From the human T2T-CHM13v2.0 reference genome, Homo sapiens: DNA of 64,000 bases. The stretch's first letter is position 1; every line of letters begins with the position of its first letter. A program made the translations under genes and the position numbers. Location of the stretch: the NCBI RefSeq assembly GCF_009914755.1, contig NC_060938.1; one strand, given 5' to 3'. Shown in pieces: positions 21,541 to 38,806 of the stretch. A model generated the notes under the pieces. It was not told the origin of the DNA and ran no database searches. It saw only the letters and a list, made by a program, of their open reading frames with translations.

Positions 21541-22258
21541 CTGTTGAGAAATACTAGAATTAATGAAGTTCAGGGCCATGTAGGAATGACAGGAGTCGTG
21601 GTGAGCAGGCCTCACCTATGGGAGGCAGATAATTCAGAAATAAGGTCTTTCCCTCCAACTTTTCATTATCAACTAGAAAACAAGTTTAATGAAGGTTTAG
21701 GGAAATAACAACAGCCAAAGACATGAGGCATCCTTATATGAGCGAGATAGGTCTAGACTATGTGAATATGAAGTCCCAGCTCATTCCTACTTTGGTTAAT
21801 CTCATTCTTAAGAGCTGGTTGGCTGGGTGCGGTGGCTCACGCCGGTAATCTCAGCACTTAAAGAGGCTGAGGCAGGAAGGTGCCTGAGGCCAGGAGTTTA
21901 AGTACAGCCTGGGCAACATAGCAAGACCCTGTCTTTACAAAAAAAGAGCAGATGACCTATACCTGATGCTGGCCACAAGGATCACTACTAAGAAAGCAAC
22001 ACAGTCCCCTAAACCAATTAGTCTGTTAAAAAATGCGCCAAGGCAAACCAAATCTAAATCACAGATTAAAAAGCGGGCAGAACCTGGAGCAGCCCTCAGG
22101 TATTCCTCAGCTATCAGGTAGGACCAAACTATTATGCACACATGGTCTATTATGGTCCTGAGGTTCAATCACACAACAAGAAGCCTCAATCTGACCCCTA
22201 AGTTTCCCAAAGAGAATTTTGGGTCTCTCTAGCTTTGTGATAAGGCCAGATTTCTTAC

Positions 22259-22363
22259 CCAAGTGGTTGACTCCTATGTGCATCTCAAAGCCATCTGCTG
22301 TCTTCGAGTACGGACACATCATCACTCCTGCATTGTTGATCAAAACGTGGAGGTGCTTTTCCT
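22259..22363 (-). CDS. RDH11: RDH11 exon 4, 105 nt
   Basis: [34 protein letters not shown] (SDR NNAG motif); AG/GT boundaries. Confidence 0.95.
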
Positions 22364-23556
22364 CTGCAGGGACAAGACGATGGAGCGTGGAAGTGGCTAG
22401 CCAAGGCTATTACATCTTAGAAAGCTGCCTCACGCTCAGGCTTTGAAAATGAGGATGCAGGACTTCAATCTTCCCTCCATTTTTCCTTCATATTTATTTT
22501 CTATTGTTTTTCATTTTAAGACTTTAGTTGAATCCCACCTACTTTTACTATGGGGCAGAATTCCATTTTATACTACCAAATGACCTTCCAGATCCTTGTA
22601 GTTCAGGAGCTACTTACTCACTGCTTTTGGGAATTGTTGCATCCACCTCTCTCAATAAAAAGACTTCCCAAGCTGAATGGAAAGATTCCAAAGCAAGAGA
22701 AAAAAGAATGTTCTCTATGTACCTCTGCCCTGGGATTCAGGTCCCCAAAGAAATAAATACTGGCTTCACCTCTTTATTGCATCTTCCAATTCTCTCTCAT
22801 GGTTCATTTCCTCATGTGGTTTGTAATTTATGACTATGAGTTCACACCAGTGAAAGCTTTTTCCTTGGAGGCCTAGATCCCTGGGCTATAAGGGGATATG
22901 CCTATAGAGTGCTCTTGGATTTGCTTTTGATGAGACACTACAGGTTTTTACGTTAATTTTCCATAGAGTATTACACACACATACAAAAATCAAACCCATA
23001 AATATCCTCATATCATTTGGTGGTACGAATTCAGACCCCACACATGATGCCAGCTCGGGTTCTAATTTTTTGCAGGTAAGTATCCATCTATGTCTAAAGA
23101 GATGGTAAACTTCTTTGTCATGTCTCTGAGCTGGTGGCCAGGATTTTTATTAGCTTCTATACTATGGACCAGATGGCCCTTTGTGAATCTCAACTTTGTG
23201 TAGAACCTCAAATACAGCTCCAGCTCTCAAAGGCCTGTGGCCTCATCTCCTATCCCTGTGTAAGTATTTAGACCCCAGACCCTAAAAAGCCTGTACTGAG
23301 TGCTGAGACTCCCATGAGATTTCTGGCTTCAGCTCTTACTCACTGCTATGACGTTTTGAATTCATTTTTTGTTTCTGCCTCTGGAAGATATCCCTTTGAC
23401 ATAAATTGTGTCCCAGTGACTATGAGTTCAGCTACAGAAGTTTTTGGCTATATTTTATCCACCACTTCTATGAGGAAGAGGGACCTTTTCCTTTTAGTTG
23501 AATCTGCCATGTTGACCTCAAGACCCACAACATAGTCTCTCTAGTTCTACACTTAC

Positions 23557-23712
23557 CAGCTAAGAAGCCCTTAGCAAAAGCTCGAATAGACTTAGTATCA
23601 GACAGGTCCAGTTTCCGCACCAACACCTGCTGGTTCCCTGTCGTGGTCTGGATCTCTTTGGCCACCAATTCCCCCTTTTCCACATCCCGGCAAGCTAAAT
23701 ATACTCGAGCTC
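23557..23712 (-). CDS. RDH11: RDH11 exon 3, 156 nt
   Basis: [51 protein letters not shown]; AG/GT boundaries. Confidence 0.95.
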
Positions 23713-24052
23713 CTGTCAGCCAACATATGAAAGAGAAATGGTCAGCTCTGTTTTTGAGCTGGCATTATAAATCTAATGTTATTTCCAACATTTTTTTAAA
23801 AAACACACATTTTTACCCTTTCTTCACAACAGAGGTATCTGATTAGCAAATAGGTAAAGAAAAATAAATTAATAATATTCATTAAGGGTCCATTATATGT
23901 AGAGCATAGTACTAGTTTCAGATCAGCAAATCAGTGGAATCCTTAGGTGTTCTTGAATTCCAAAACTGGGAAGAAACAATGAGAATGAATCATCATTACT
24001 GTGAGGGGTAAAACAGCAGTAATAGGAGGGAATTGAAAGGAGGTGAACTTGC

Positions 24053-24171
24053 CTCTCTGAGCCAGCTCTTTGGCTGTCTCCTTCCCGATACCTGTATTAG
24101 CTCCTGTGACCACAACTACTTTCCCAGGAAGCTGAACAGTTGATGTACACACCCCACTGGACAGCATTTTC
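24053..24171 (-). CDS. RDH11: RDH11 exon 2, 119 nt (Rossmann TGxxxGIG), GC donor
   Basis: [39 protein letters not shown]; donor GAG|GCAAGT. Confidence 0.93.
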
Positions 24172-24759
24172 CTGCAGACAGAGAAGGAGAGCTCATCAAT
24201 TCTTCATTCTACTGTCTCAGCCAGTAGGTTCCTGCAACTCCCTGTGTCTTCTGGCTGAGGTTTGCTTTAGTTCTTTCCACTGTTGTCCTTTTAAGGAAAC
24301 AGTGTCCATTTAAGGAAAGTTGGAGGAAAGATGACAAAAGTTTTCTGCTTTTGCTCAAAGACAAAAGTGATTCTATTACAAGGGCAAAGCTTACAGCTGT
24401 TCTCTGCAGCACAAGAACTGGATGAATACCTGCTTAGCCAGGCACCTGGCTTTGGTTTGAGCTCTCTAAGGCACTTGTGACTTAGGAAATCACAAGATTC
24501 AGCCCAGAAGAAGAAATAACTAGTTTCTGTAGGTCAATCTGTCCACAACTGGCATTTTATGGCCTTGAGAAATGGCTAATCCAATACAAAAAGTTAAAAT
24601 TATGAAAGCTTGTGACTCTGGGACAAAATAAACAAGAAAAAAAAAACACACCCACACGCATGCACATACACACTTAAAACAAAGAGAAGATTATGTATGT
24701 ACAAAGGGGAGCTGGGATTCAAGTCTTGCTTTGTGTAATTAGAGTCCTTGTTTCTTTCT

Positions 24760-25069
24760 TTCTCTTTCTCTTTTTTTTTTTTTTGAGACAGAGTTTTGCT
24801 CTTGTTGCCCAGGCTGGAGTGCAATGGTGTGATCTCGGCTCACTGCAACCTCCACCTCCACTGCAACCCCCATCTCCCAGGTTCAAGCGATTCTCATCCC
24901 TCACCCCCTCACCCATGCGCCACCACGCCCAGCTAATTTTTGTATTTTTAGTAGAGACAGGGTTTCACCACGCTGGCCAGGATGGTCTCGAACTCCTGAC
25001 CTCAGGTGATCCGCCCACCTCAGCCTCCCAAAGTGCTGGGATTACAGGTGTGAGTCACCAAGCCCAGCC
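24760..25069 (-). mobile_element. Alu with internal rearrangement
   Basis: Antisense dimer; TSD TAGAGT(C/G)CTTGTTTCT. Confidence 0.88.
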
Positions 25070-25550
25070 TAGAGTGCTTGTTTCTAAGTACTATACTATA
25101 TTGCCTTTTCCAAATGAATGAATGCACAAACACAGATTGGTGGTTCTCAGACTGGCCTATTCTCTTCTTGGCAATGTTGGGACTCTGGTTAAAACAATCT
25201 GTTGACCAGGAGATGCATTCTTAAAGAGCATTTCAGCCTTTTTCATTGAACTTGGAATTGCAAGGTACATACTCTTAGCCATTGAAGCTACCTGCATAGT
25301 GCGAAAATGCTGACAGGGAGGCAGATTAACTCATGGTCCCCACAAACCATCACCTCCCTCCTCAGAAAACAAGCCTCTAGGCTGTTTCCCACATCCCCTT
25401 ACTGTATGTAGCTCCAGGAGTGACAACTTAGTAGGACCTGTACTTAGTTCTTTCTTCTCCTTAACCAGCAGGAATGAAAGAGACAACTATAAAAGTCCAG
25501 CTCTGGCCCGACTCCCATAACCCTGCTGAGTTGGGAATACAGCTCCTGGA

Positions 25551-25585
<35 letters not shown>

Positions 25586-25596
25586 TATATATATAT

Positions 25597-25627
<31 letters not shown>

Positions 25628-25637
25628 CACACATATA
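25551..25637. repeat. Compound (TA)n/(CA)n microsatellite
   Basis: Alternating TA and CA runs visible directly. Confidence 0.95.
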
Positions 25638-25638
25638 T

Positions 25639-25833
25639 TTTTTTTTTTCCAGAAAAATCCCTCTGGGGTATGAGCACTATTTTCAGTTCTGGTTCAACTT
25701 TTCATTGAGATTCTATGTGGATAAGAGGATCTTGTAGTGAAAAAAAGATAAAAAGCAGTGTTTTCATCTGAGTGTGAGAAACCATGTGTGCCTAGAGGTG
25801 GGAGAACTGAGTGTTCAGAAGGCAGAAAAAATA
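25639..25833 (+). repeat. Left arm of 195-bp perfect inverted repeat
   Basis: Reverse complement of 27084-27278, aligned by hand with no mismatch. Confidence 0.92.
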
Positions 25834-26749
25834 TAACTGGAAGAGGGGCACCAGAGAAGGAAGAGAAAATAAAAATAAAAGAAGGAAAGTAGGTGACTGT
25901 GGTAAGAAATGACTGTGATCTGGCCTGGCTTCAAGTTCTATTGGGACTAAGACCGCCCACCTGGGGAAGGAGTGTGTCTGTCTATTCAGTCACTGGTCCG
26001 TCACCACTGGTGATTTACTTAGAACCAATAAGCAGGCTGCCGGTTTTACAGCCCGCTGCTGATTCACTGGGGCACTTGGCCAGCCTTGGGCTGATTGATC
26101 TATCACCTGGTCAATACCTTCCCACCATTCTCCCAGCCCTCACCGCCCCAGTACCCTAGCTCCTAACTCAGATCCCCCGTGCTCCTGCTCGCAAGGCAGG
26201 ATAGAGCTCATAACCAAACACTCTTCCTTTTCACTTTTCTCCTTTACAACATCCGCCCACAGAACAAGCGATTGTAACAGCAACGAGAGAGCAAGGATGG
26301 GGCCGCAGATGTTACGATTGCTATCAGTTTCAGAGGGCGAAATGTGGAATCGCTCCTTTGTACCTCGAAGGCTGGTTTAAGGCGTGGGGAATAAGGGGAA
26401 AACAGCGTCGGGCCATATCCCATTGAAGAGTCCGAAACTCAAGCGTTTGAGGTAGCCTTACCCTCGGGATTCCCTGGAGCCAGAATCAGGGGGTGCTTAG
26501 ACAAAAGAAAAACAGGCCAGGGAAAAGCAGTGTGCCCCGGACTGCCGCCCTTTCTCACCGCCTGGGGTCTCGGGTGTCCTCCTGGCACCCAGGACAGCTG
26601 GACCTCGCCTCCAACCCACCGAACTCTGGGCTCCGCCATCTTGGAGCCCCCCCAGGGGAGTTTTCCAAGAAAGCTTTGGTGGGGATTCTATGTTTCCCTC
26701 CCGCCCCGCAACAAGAATTCTCAAGAGAAGGCAATACATTTGCACAGAC

Positions 26750-26823
26750 CTGATTTGGGGCGCAGCCATATACAGAAGGAAGGGCAGAAGGAGGAGCAAC
26801 AGCGGGAACATGAGCTCAACCAT
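26750..26823 (-). CDS. RDH11: RDH11 coding exon 1, 74 nt (hydrophobic signal-anchor)
   Basis: MVELMFPLLLLLLPFLLYMAAPQI; donor CAG|GTCTGT. Confidence 0.95.
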
Positions 26824-26933
26824 CTCTGCCGGCTGCAGCGGCACCAGAGCGGGATGCTCCAGCGTTGCTCGCCGACTATGGCTTCTCTTTCTAGACACGC
26901 CCCAATTCAAATTGCGACAGCCCGGGGAGCAGA

Positions 26934-26953
26934 CCTTCTGGGAAATGTAGTCC
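26934..26953 (-). promoter_or_regulatory. ZNF143/THAP11-type motif in RDH11 promoter
   Basis: Minus strand GGACTACATTTCCCAGAAGG, ~110-130 nt upstream of ATG in CpG-rich region. Confidence 0.7.
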
Positions 26954-27083
26954 AGAGCTTGACAGCCTCAGGCTGGCTACGTGGGAGCGCTGCCGCCAAC
27001 GCTGGCAGAAGTTGAATTATACATCGCTAATCCCCAACCATCTAGGGCTTAGGGCCTGTGGGATCATTCACCCAGCTCTCAGT

Positions 27084-27278
27084 TATTTTTTCTGCCTTCT
27101 GAACACTCAGTTCTCCCACCTCTAGGCACACATGGTTTCTCACACTCAGATGAAAACACTGCTTTTTATCTTTTTTTCACTACAAGATCCTCTTATCCAC
27201 ATAGAATCTCAATGAAAAGTTGAACCAGAACTGAAAATAGTGCTCATACCCCAGAGGGATTTTTCTGGAAAAAAAAAA
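27084..27278 (-). repeat. Right arm of 195-bp perfect inverted repeat
   Basis: Reverse complement of 25639-25833. Confidence 0.92.
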
Positions 27279-29819
27279 GTATACACTATAGGAATAGTAC
27301 ACTTATTCCTATAGTGTACTAGGCACCGCGGTGTTTGTGAAATCTCTGCAGTCCTCTATCTCCCCAGACCCAAGTCCAGTGCCTGGTTCAGTTTTCCCCA
27401 ATCCTGGTTAGGCAGTTACCGCACTGTTTCTCCTGGAGATCAGATGTTGGCGTCTGGGAAATGAAAGGCGGATTAGACAGGAGAGGAGCGGTCCGAAGTC
27501 TGACAGTTGGGAAGGTGGGGGAATGTAAACCCTTCCTCCTCGAGGATTCCTTTTTCCAGAGAAGAGGAAGCAATAAGTCCTTGAAGACATTCTCAGGAGA
27601 ATCACTTTATTGTGTCTATCTTGAATTATGGTGGCAACTATCATGATTTTTCTAGTGTTTGAGTGTTCATTGATAATAGAATATCGTCTTCCTGATGGCT
27701 TGGGTCACATACATTAACTCCCAGGGTAGCAATGAATATCTCAGATTGGCACAGTTGGTTTTGCCAACTCGTGAAAGTATTTAATCCTGTCTTGAATTAA
27801 GGCCATGAATATGTTCTCTGTGAATAAATAGGTTCCCTGTTCAATAGTTTCTTTCATCTGAGGCCTATTTCCTGGGGGTGAAAGTGGAGGGTGTTTTAAC
27901 CAATCAATATCTGTCTGTGATTCCTTAATTGTACCCAGTAATATTTTCTGGTCCTTTTGCATAATTTCCATTTGGTTAAAAGACACGGGTTCCAATGAAC
28001 TAATATATTTTATAGCAAATTGGAGAGGAGAGGGTTTCCTTCACACAATACTAATTCCTACCAATTTAACATTAGATTACCTAGCAATCATCACATTTTG
28101 TCACATTCTCATTATTGTGTTACCTAATATTTGTATTGGGTTTTATAACTTTATAAAAGCCTTTCATTTGTTTTGTTCCTTATTCAGTCATTCACGCATT
28201 TGACAAACATTTATGGCATTCCTATAGTGTACTAGGCACTGTGCTGATGTCCAGCAGGAAGCCAGGAACACATAATCTCTGCTCGCCCGGAGTTCATGGA
28301 CTGTCAGAGAAGACCTTAAATAAGTAATCACTGTAAATAAATCATGGTGAAGGTTATGAGGAGGATTAGAGAAAGCTCTGGGAGCTTTTACAAGGGAGAG
28401 GAGTTCTAGATCAGGAGAGGCTTATTTGAGGAAATAACATTTGAGCGGAGGCCAGAGGGAAGTTAGTAGGCAAGCAACATAGACAAGAGTGTGCTGAGCA
28501 GAGGAAAGACCCCACCTGAGGGTTCACAGTCAGAGAAAGCAGGGTGCACTAGAGCAACAGAAAACCGTCTAGGGAGAAGGGAGAGTGCCAGAAATGGCAA
28601 TAATAGCCAGTGCTTAAATACTGCTTAATTATGGCCAGGCCCTGTCCCAATGATTTATATATATATATTAACTCTTAATTCCCATAACAACTCTAAGAGG
28701 TAGGTACTATAATTTTCCCTATTTTACAGACAAGAAAACTGAGGCACCGTGTAAGCTAGCCTAGGTCAAAGAGGCAGAGCTGGGATTCAAACTGAAGCAG
28801 GTGGTGTTCCATGAGAGGGCCCTATATGGCAAAGTGGCCCCCAAATGCCAGAGGAGCCAAGACACCAAAGGTTGAGGCAGACAAATCCAGTTTCTTGGTA
28901 AGGGTGTTTTACTGTGGGAATTTACAGACAGAAATGTGGGCTTGGGTGGCAGATTTCTGTACATGTAAGCTCCACACTCAGAGTTTATATACTGTAGGGA
29001 AAGAGTCAAACTGCTCTGTGCAAGACAATTAAAGGTAGCCCTCCAGAACAGGCAAGAATGCTACATGTGTAATAGATAATAATTTGTGCAATAACATCAA
29101 GGTTGACATGTTCTTACACTAGGGACAGTAAATAAAGTAGGAATCAGGAGATATTCACAGGACTGGGGCTAATCAACATTGCAGTCAACATTGAAGTCAG
29201 CATTGCAGATTAGCATCCCAGATGCAGTCACTTTTGTCCACCAAGTTGTATGCAGGGTCTATTGTGCCCTTAACTATTGAGCTATATTGCCAAAAGATGA
29301 AGCTGGAAATTTCTCCCCATACTTGTGTGTATTTGCATATCCATATAAAATTTGCATATAATTTCAGGTGGTTTATAGACACATTGGAGCCATAATGGAA
29401 TCTAGATTAAAAACCATTGATTATCTCTACTAAAAAATTAGCTAGGCATGGTGGTACACATCTGTAGTCCCAGCTCTTTGGGAGGCTGAGGTGGGAGGAT
29501 TGTTTGAGTCAGGAGTTGGAGGCTGCAGTGAGCTAGAATTGTGCCACTGCACTCCACCCTGGGTGGCAGAGCAAAAACCTATCTAAAAGCAGAGGGAAGC
29601 CTTGAGGAACCCTAACATTATGAAATGGGTAGAGGGAGGGGAGCCCAAAAATTGACTGAGAAACGGCCAGAGAGGTTGGAGATGTATCAGACAGGGTTCA
29701 ATCAGAAGTGAGAAACTACACAACAATTTGAACAGGGAAAGTTTAACATAAAAAAATTATTAACTATAATGGGATTGGAATAATGAGGGACTGGATAGTA
29801 TAGGAGCTGTTATACTTCT

Positions 29820-30050
29820 CCTGAAAAGAAAAATAAATATTTTATGCTCTGAGGAGGATTTGGTCTCTGTTGCAGCTACTCGACTCTGCTGTTGTAAATG
29901 TGAAAGCAGCCATAGATAATATTTGAACAAATGTGTTCAAATGTTACTGTGTTTACTGTTCAAATGTTACTGTGTTCCAATGAAACTTTATTTACAAAAA
30001 CAAACAGTGGGCTGCATTTGGCCTGTGGGTCATGGTTTGCCAACCTGTGT
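29820..30050. mobile_element. MER58-like MITE
   Basis: CTCTGTTGCAGCTACTCGACTCTGC...AAACTTTATTTACAAAAACA...TTTGGCCTGTGGG...TTTGCCAACC. Confidence 0.6.
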
Positions 30051-30089
30051 GCTAGTAAGAAGAAAAGAGAACTCTAAAGAAGATAAAAG

Positions 30090-35100
<5,011 letters not shown>

Positions 35101-36151
35101 GGCATGTCTTAATGTTTGAGAATCTCATTTTTAAAATATTAATCTCTCAGTTTAGAAAAACTGTTGGATTCGTATTTTTATGATCTCAGTAGTTCTATTT
35201 TCATTCTGCAGTTGTTTTGTTTGTTCCCCTTGTTTTAAATTTAAATATATTTCCCCCTTTTGAGGGAAGGAAATGTGTGTATTGTGAAATTCTAAAAAAT
35301 CTGTGCCTAAGAGGTGTATGGGAGCCAGGAGAACAAACAGGAAGAGCTGAGTTCTGATTACGGGGGTAGAAGGAGGAGGAGCAGCTAGAGGCAAAAAGGA
35401 GAAAGCCTCCTAAATCATTAAAATTTTCAAATCGTTTCACATATCTTTTTTACCTCTTGAATTGAGGCATTTTTAAAATAATTTTTTTAGAAGCTTGTAG
35501 GTGTTATTGGAAGTAAATCTTCCATTCAATTTGTCTGTATCTAAAACCAGCTTTTTTTCAACTGTGTGTGCAAATAAATTATCTTAGGCATTTTCGGAAC
35601 AGCTCCATTTTGGCCACTGCTGCTTATAACCACCCTGGGTTAGGGGATCTACTGCTTATCTAGGCACTTGCAAGTGGAAGGATGGTAAGTATTATACCTA
35701 AAACTCAGCAGGTGTCTTAGAGTGCACTTCCCATTTTAGCTTTGTGTGAGGACAAGTTATGGAGTAGAGTAAGAGTGCCCTCATGCGACTGGAAAAGGAA
35801 AAAGCTAAGGAAAGGTCTCACCCCAAATCACCAGGGAAACAATTTACAAAGCTTCTATTTTACCCTGCCCTAGTATTTAACAAAAGCCCTTATCTTGAAT
35901 TCATAGCAGCAGCTCTCGTTCTGAGACAGTCATTGTACCACGTAGCCAAGGAGGAAACCAGCTTTAATAAACCAGAACATCAACCAAGACAGGAACTTCA
36001 TTGATTTCAGGAGGAACTCATCTGTAGCACTCAGCAGGGGCATCTAAGTCCAGGAACACAATGGATTTTGTGCTGGCACATGCACAAAGGTTGGAAGCAG
36101 GTCTAGGTAGTCCAGGGAGGTCACTCTGAAATCCTGTCAGCTATGCCATTT

Positions 36152-36648
36152 TGTTGATGGAAATTAAGGCTGTTGAGGCAGAAATAAATTGATAAAGGTT
36201 TATTGGAAGCCAAATGTGAGGATCAATCTGGGAAGACACGCCAATAAAGCTGGGTGTATTCCAAAGTCTGTCGTTAGAAGTTGGAATGATTTTATAAGAA
36301 AGTTTAGAAGAAGGGATGGAGACTCTTCATACTGGAGTTGTCCTTTTTCATTGAATGGCACAATACAGAGGTTACAGTCCTTGGCTACAGATGACAACAT
36401 ACAAGTTAAAATGTCCATGTTTAAGACAATCAGTAACACTTCATGATTCAGAAACAAATCAGTGTCCTTTTCAGTGTCAGTAGGTTACATATTAATGTGT
36501 ACGTCAACAGTTTGAGAAATTTTCAATAAGATTTGAGAGACTCATCGTAAGATTCTTTACTCAGAAATGCTATGTAAGCCATGAATCATAAGACTTGCCC
36601 CAGGTAGGCTAATTTGGAAGACTGCCAAACGTGACCTGTAGGTTATCA
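36152..36648 (-). mobile_element. ERV1 LTR (MER31-like), 5' LTR with adjacent PBS and degraded internal region extending left to ~30800
   Basis: Minus strand starts TGATAACCTACAGGTCAC; followed by TGGCATAGCTGACAGGAT (tRNA-Ser-like PBS); homologous to 50056-50569. Confidence 0.6.
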
Positions 36649-37075
36649 CAACTAAATGCAATGTGGGGTCCTGAATTCAATCCTGGACCAGAAATAGGAC
36701 ATTAGTGAGAAAACTGGTGAAATTAGAATAAAGCCATTAGTTTAGTTAGTGGTGTTGTACCAATGTTAATTTCCTGGTTTTGATCATTGTTCTAAGGTTA
36801 TTTAAAATGTTGACATTTGGGGAAGCTGAGTGAAAAGTATGCAGGAATTTTTTGTATTATTTTTGCAATTTTTTGTAATATTTCAAAATAAGATGTTTTA
36901 AAAGACACATTTGATCAACCATGACAGAGGAAAGGCTGAATTATCTTTTTATTTTCCCTAGGGAAAATGATATTTACAAAATAATTTTTATAGGAGGAGG
37001 CACTCAAAAAGTATACAGCCAAAAATATAAGAAAAAAATATCATTAACTATGTCAAGCAGTTAATTAGTAAAGAT

Positions 37076-37398
37076 ATCAGGTGCAGTGGCATGTGCCTAT
37101 AGTTCCAGTTACTTGGGAGGATGAGGTAGAAAGATCCCTTTAGCCTAGACGTTCTGGGCTTGTAGTGTATTGTGCCAATCAGGTGTCCACATTAAGTTCA
37201 GCATCAATATAGTGACCTCCTGGGAGCAGGGGACCACCAGGTTACCTAAGAAGGAGAGAACTGGCCCAGGTCAGAAACAGAGCAAGTCAAAATACAGGTG
37301 CTGATCAGTCGCAAGATAGTGCCTATGAACAGCCACTACACTCCAGCCTGGGCAACATAGCAATGCACGTCTCTAATTTTAAAAATAAAATAAAAATA
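37076..37398 (+). pseudogene. 7SL (SRP RNA) pseudogene
   Basis: Alu-domain ends enclosing the S domain (AAGTTCAGCATCAATATAGTGACCTCC...GGACCACCAGGTTACCTAAG...GGCCCAGGTCAGAAACAGAGCAAGTCAAAA); diverged, A-rich tail. Confidence 0.88.
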
Positions 37399-38527
37399 TA
37401 ATGTCATTTTCTGGATTTTGTGATATTTGTAGTGTGAACCCAGAAAATTTGTGACAGGTCTCAGTTAATTTAGAAAGTTTATTTTCCAAGGTTGAGGACG
37501 TGTCCCCACGACACAGCCTTCGGAGGGCCTGACAACATATGTCCAAGGTGGTCAGAACACAGTTTGGTTTTATACATTCTAGGGAGACACGGGACATCAA
37601 TCAACATATGGAAAATGAACATCGGTTTGGTCTGGAAAGGAGGGACAGCTCGAAGCATGGAATGGGCTTCCAGGTCACAGGAAGATGAGACACAAACAGG
37701 GGCATTCTTTTGAGTTTCTGTTTAGCCTTTTCAAAGGAGGCAATCAGATACGCATTTATCTTAGTGAGCAGAGGGATGACTTTGAATAGAATGGGAAGCA
37801 GGTTTGCCCTAAACAGTTCCCAGCTTGAATTTTCCCTTTGGCTTTGTGATTTTGGGGGCCGAGATCTTTTCCTTTCACATTTTCTCCACCCTTTAAAAAA
37901 AATCTTCTGGAGAAAGCATTTTAGAAGAAAATGAGTCTCTGGTCCCAGCTTTTTTCTAATCTCTCTTGGTTAGGATGGTTCGTTCCTAGACAGGTAGGTC
38001 CTAAGTTATTAGCAAAGCTCATTTTTAGAAGGTTGTGAAGTCTCATGTCCTCTGCAGAGAAATTAGGGGGAGGAAGGGATACAAACAACAATAAACAAAA
38101 GAAAAATCCTGGAAAATTGATATAGGCCACATTACTCTGTAGTCCATACATCAGTAGGCAGGTATGAAAGCGGTTTATGTATGTAAATAGGTTGCTGTTA
38201 TTTTCTTCTGAAGTTTAAGTTGTCTAGCTTCAGTTTGCAGAGCTTTACGAAAGCACAACTTAGTTTTTTAGTGACTCCAAATTAGGAAAAATGGGGAAAA
38301 AAGAAGGAAAACAATTGAAAACATTATTTTGAAGACTTGTAGCCAACAAAAATTAGAATTCAGTCCAAACTGTAGAAAACAATAAAAATTGCAAAACATT
38401 AGGCAAGACTAAAATCTAACAATAGGTGTACTACACTTTTTGAAACAATCTTTTCTCTCTCCAGTTTCCCATTTTTACTAAAGACAAATTATGGTAGGAC
38501 TTGTTTGCTTTATTATACTTGGCCTAA

Positions 38528-38806
<279 letters not shown>

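Noticed and set aside
25950-26300. Possible SREBP/NF-Y or androgen-response elements in RDH11 intron 1
   Set aside because: Only short CCAAT, GC-box and half-site matches; no full consensus, cannot be distinguished from chance
26497-27015. 137-aa and 161-aa ORFs over the RDH11 promoter
   Set aside because: Near-cognate starts in GC-rich sequence; real coding part is 26750-26823
27741-27995. 84-aa ORF with protein-like composition upstream of RDH11
   Set aside because: No recognisable family, TTG start, no supporting exon structure; a tBLASTn/Dfam search would be needed
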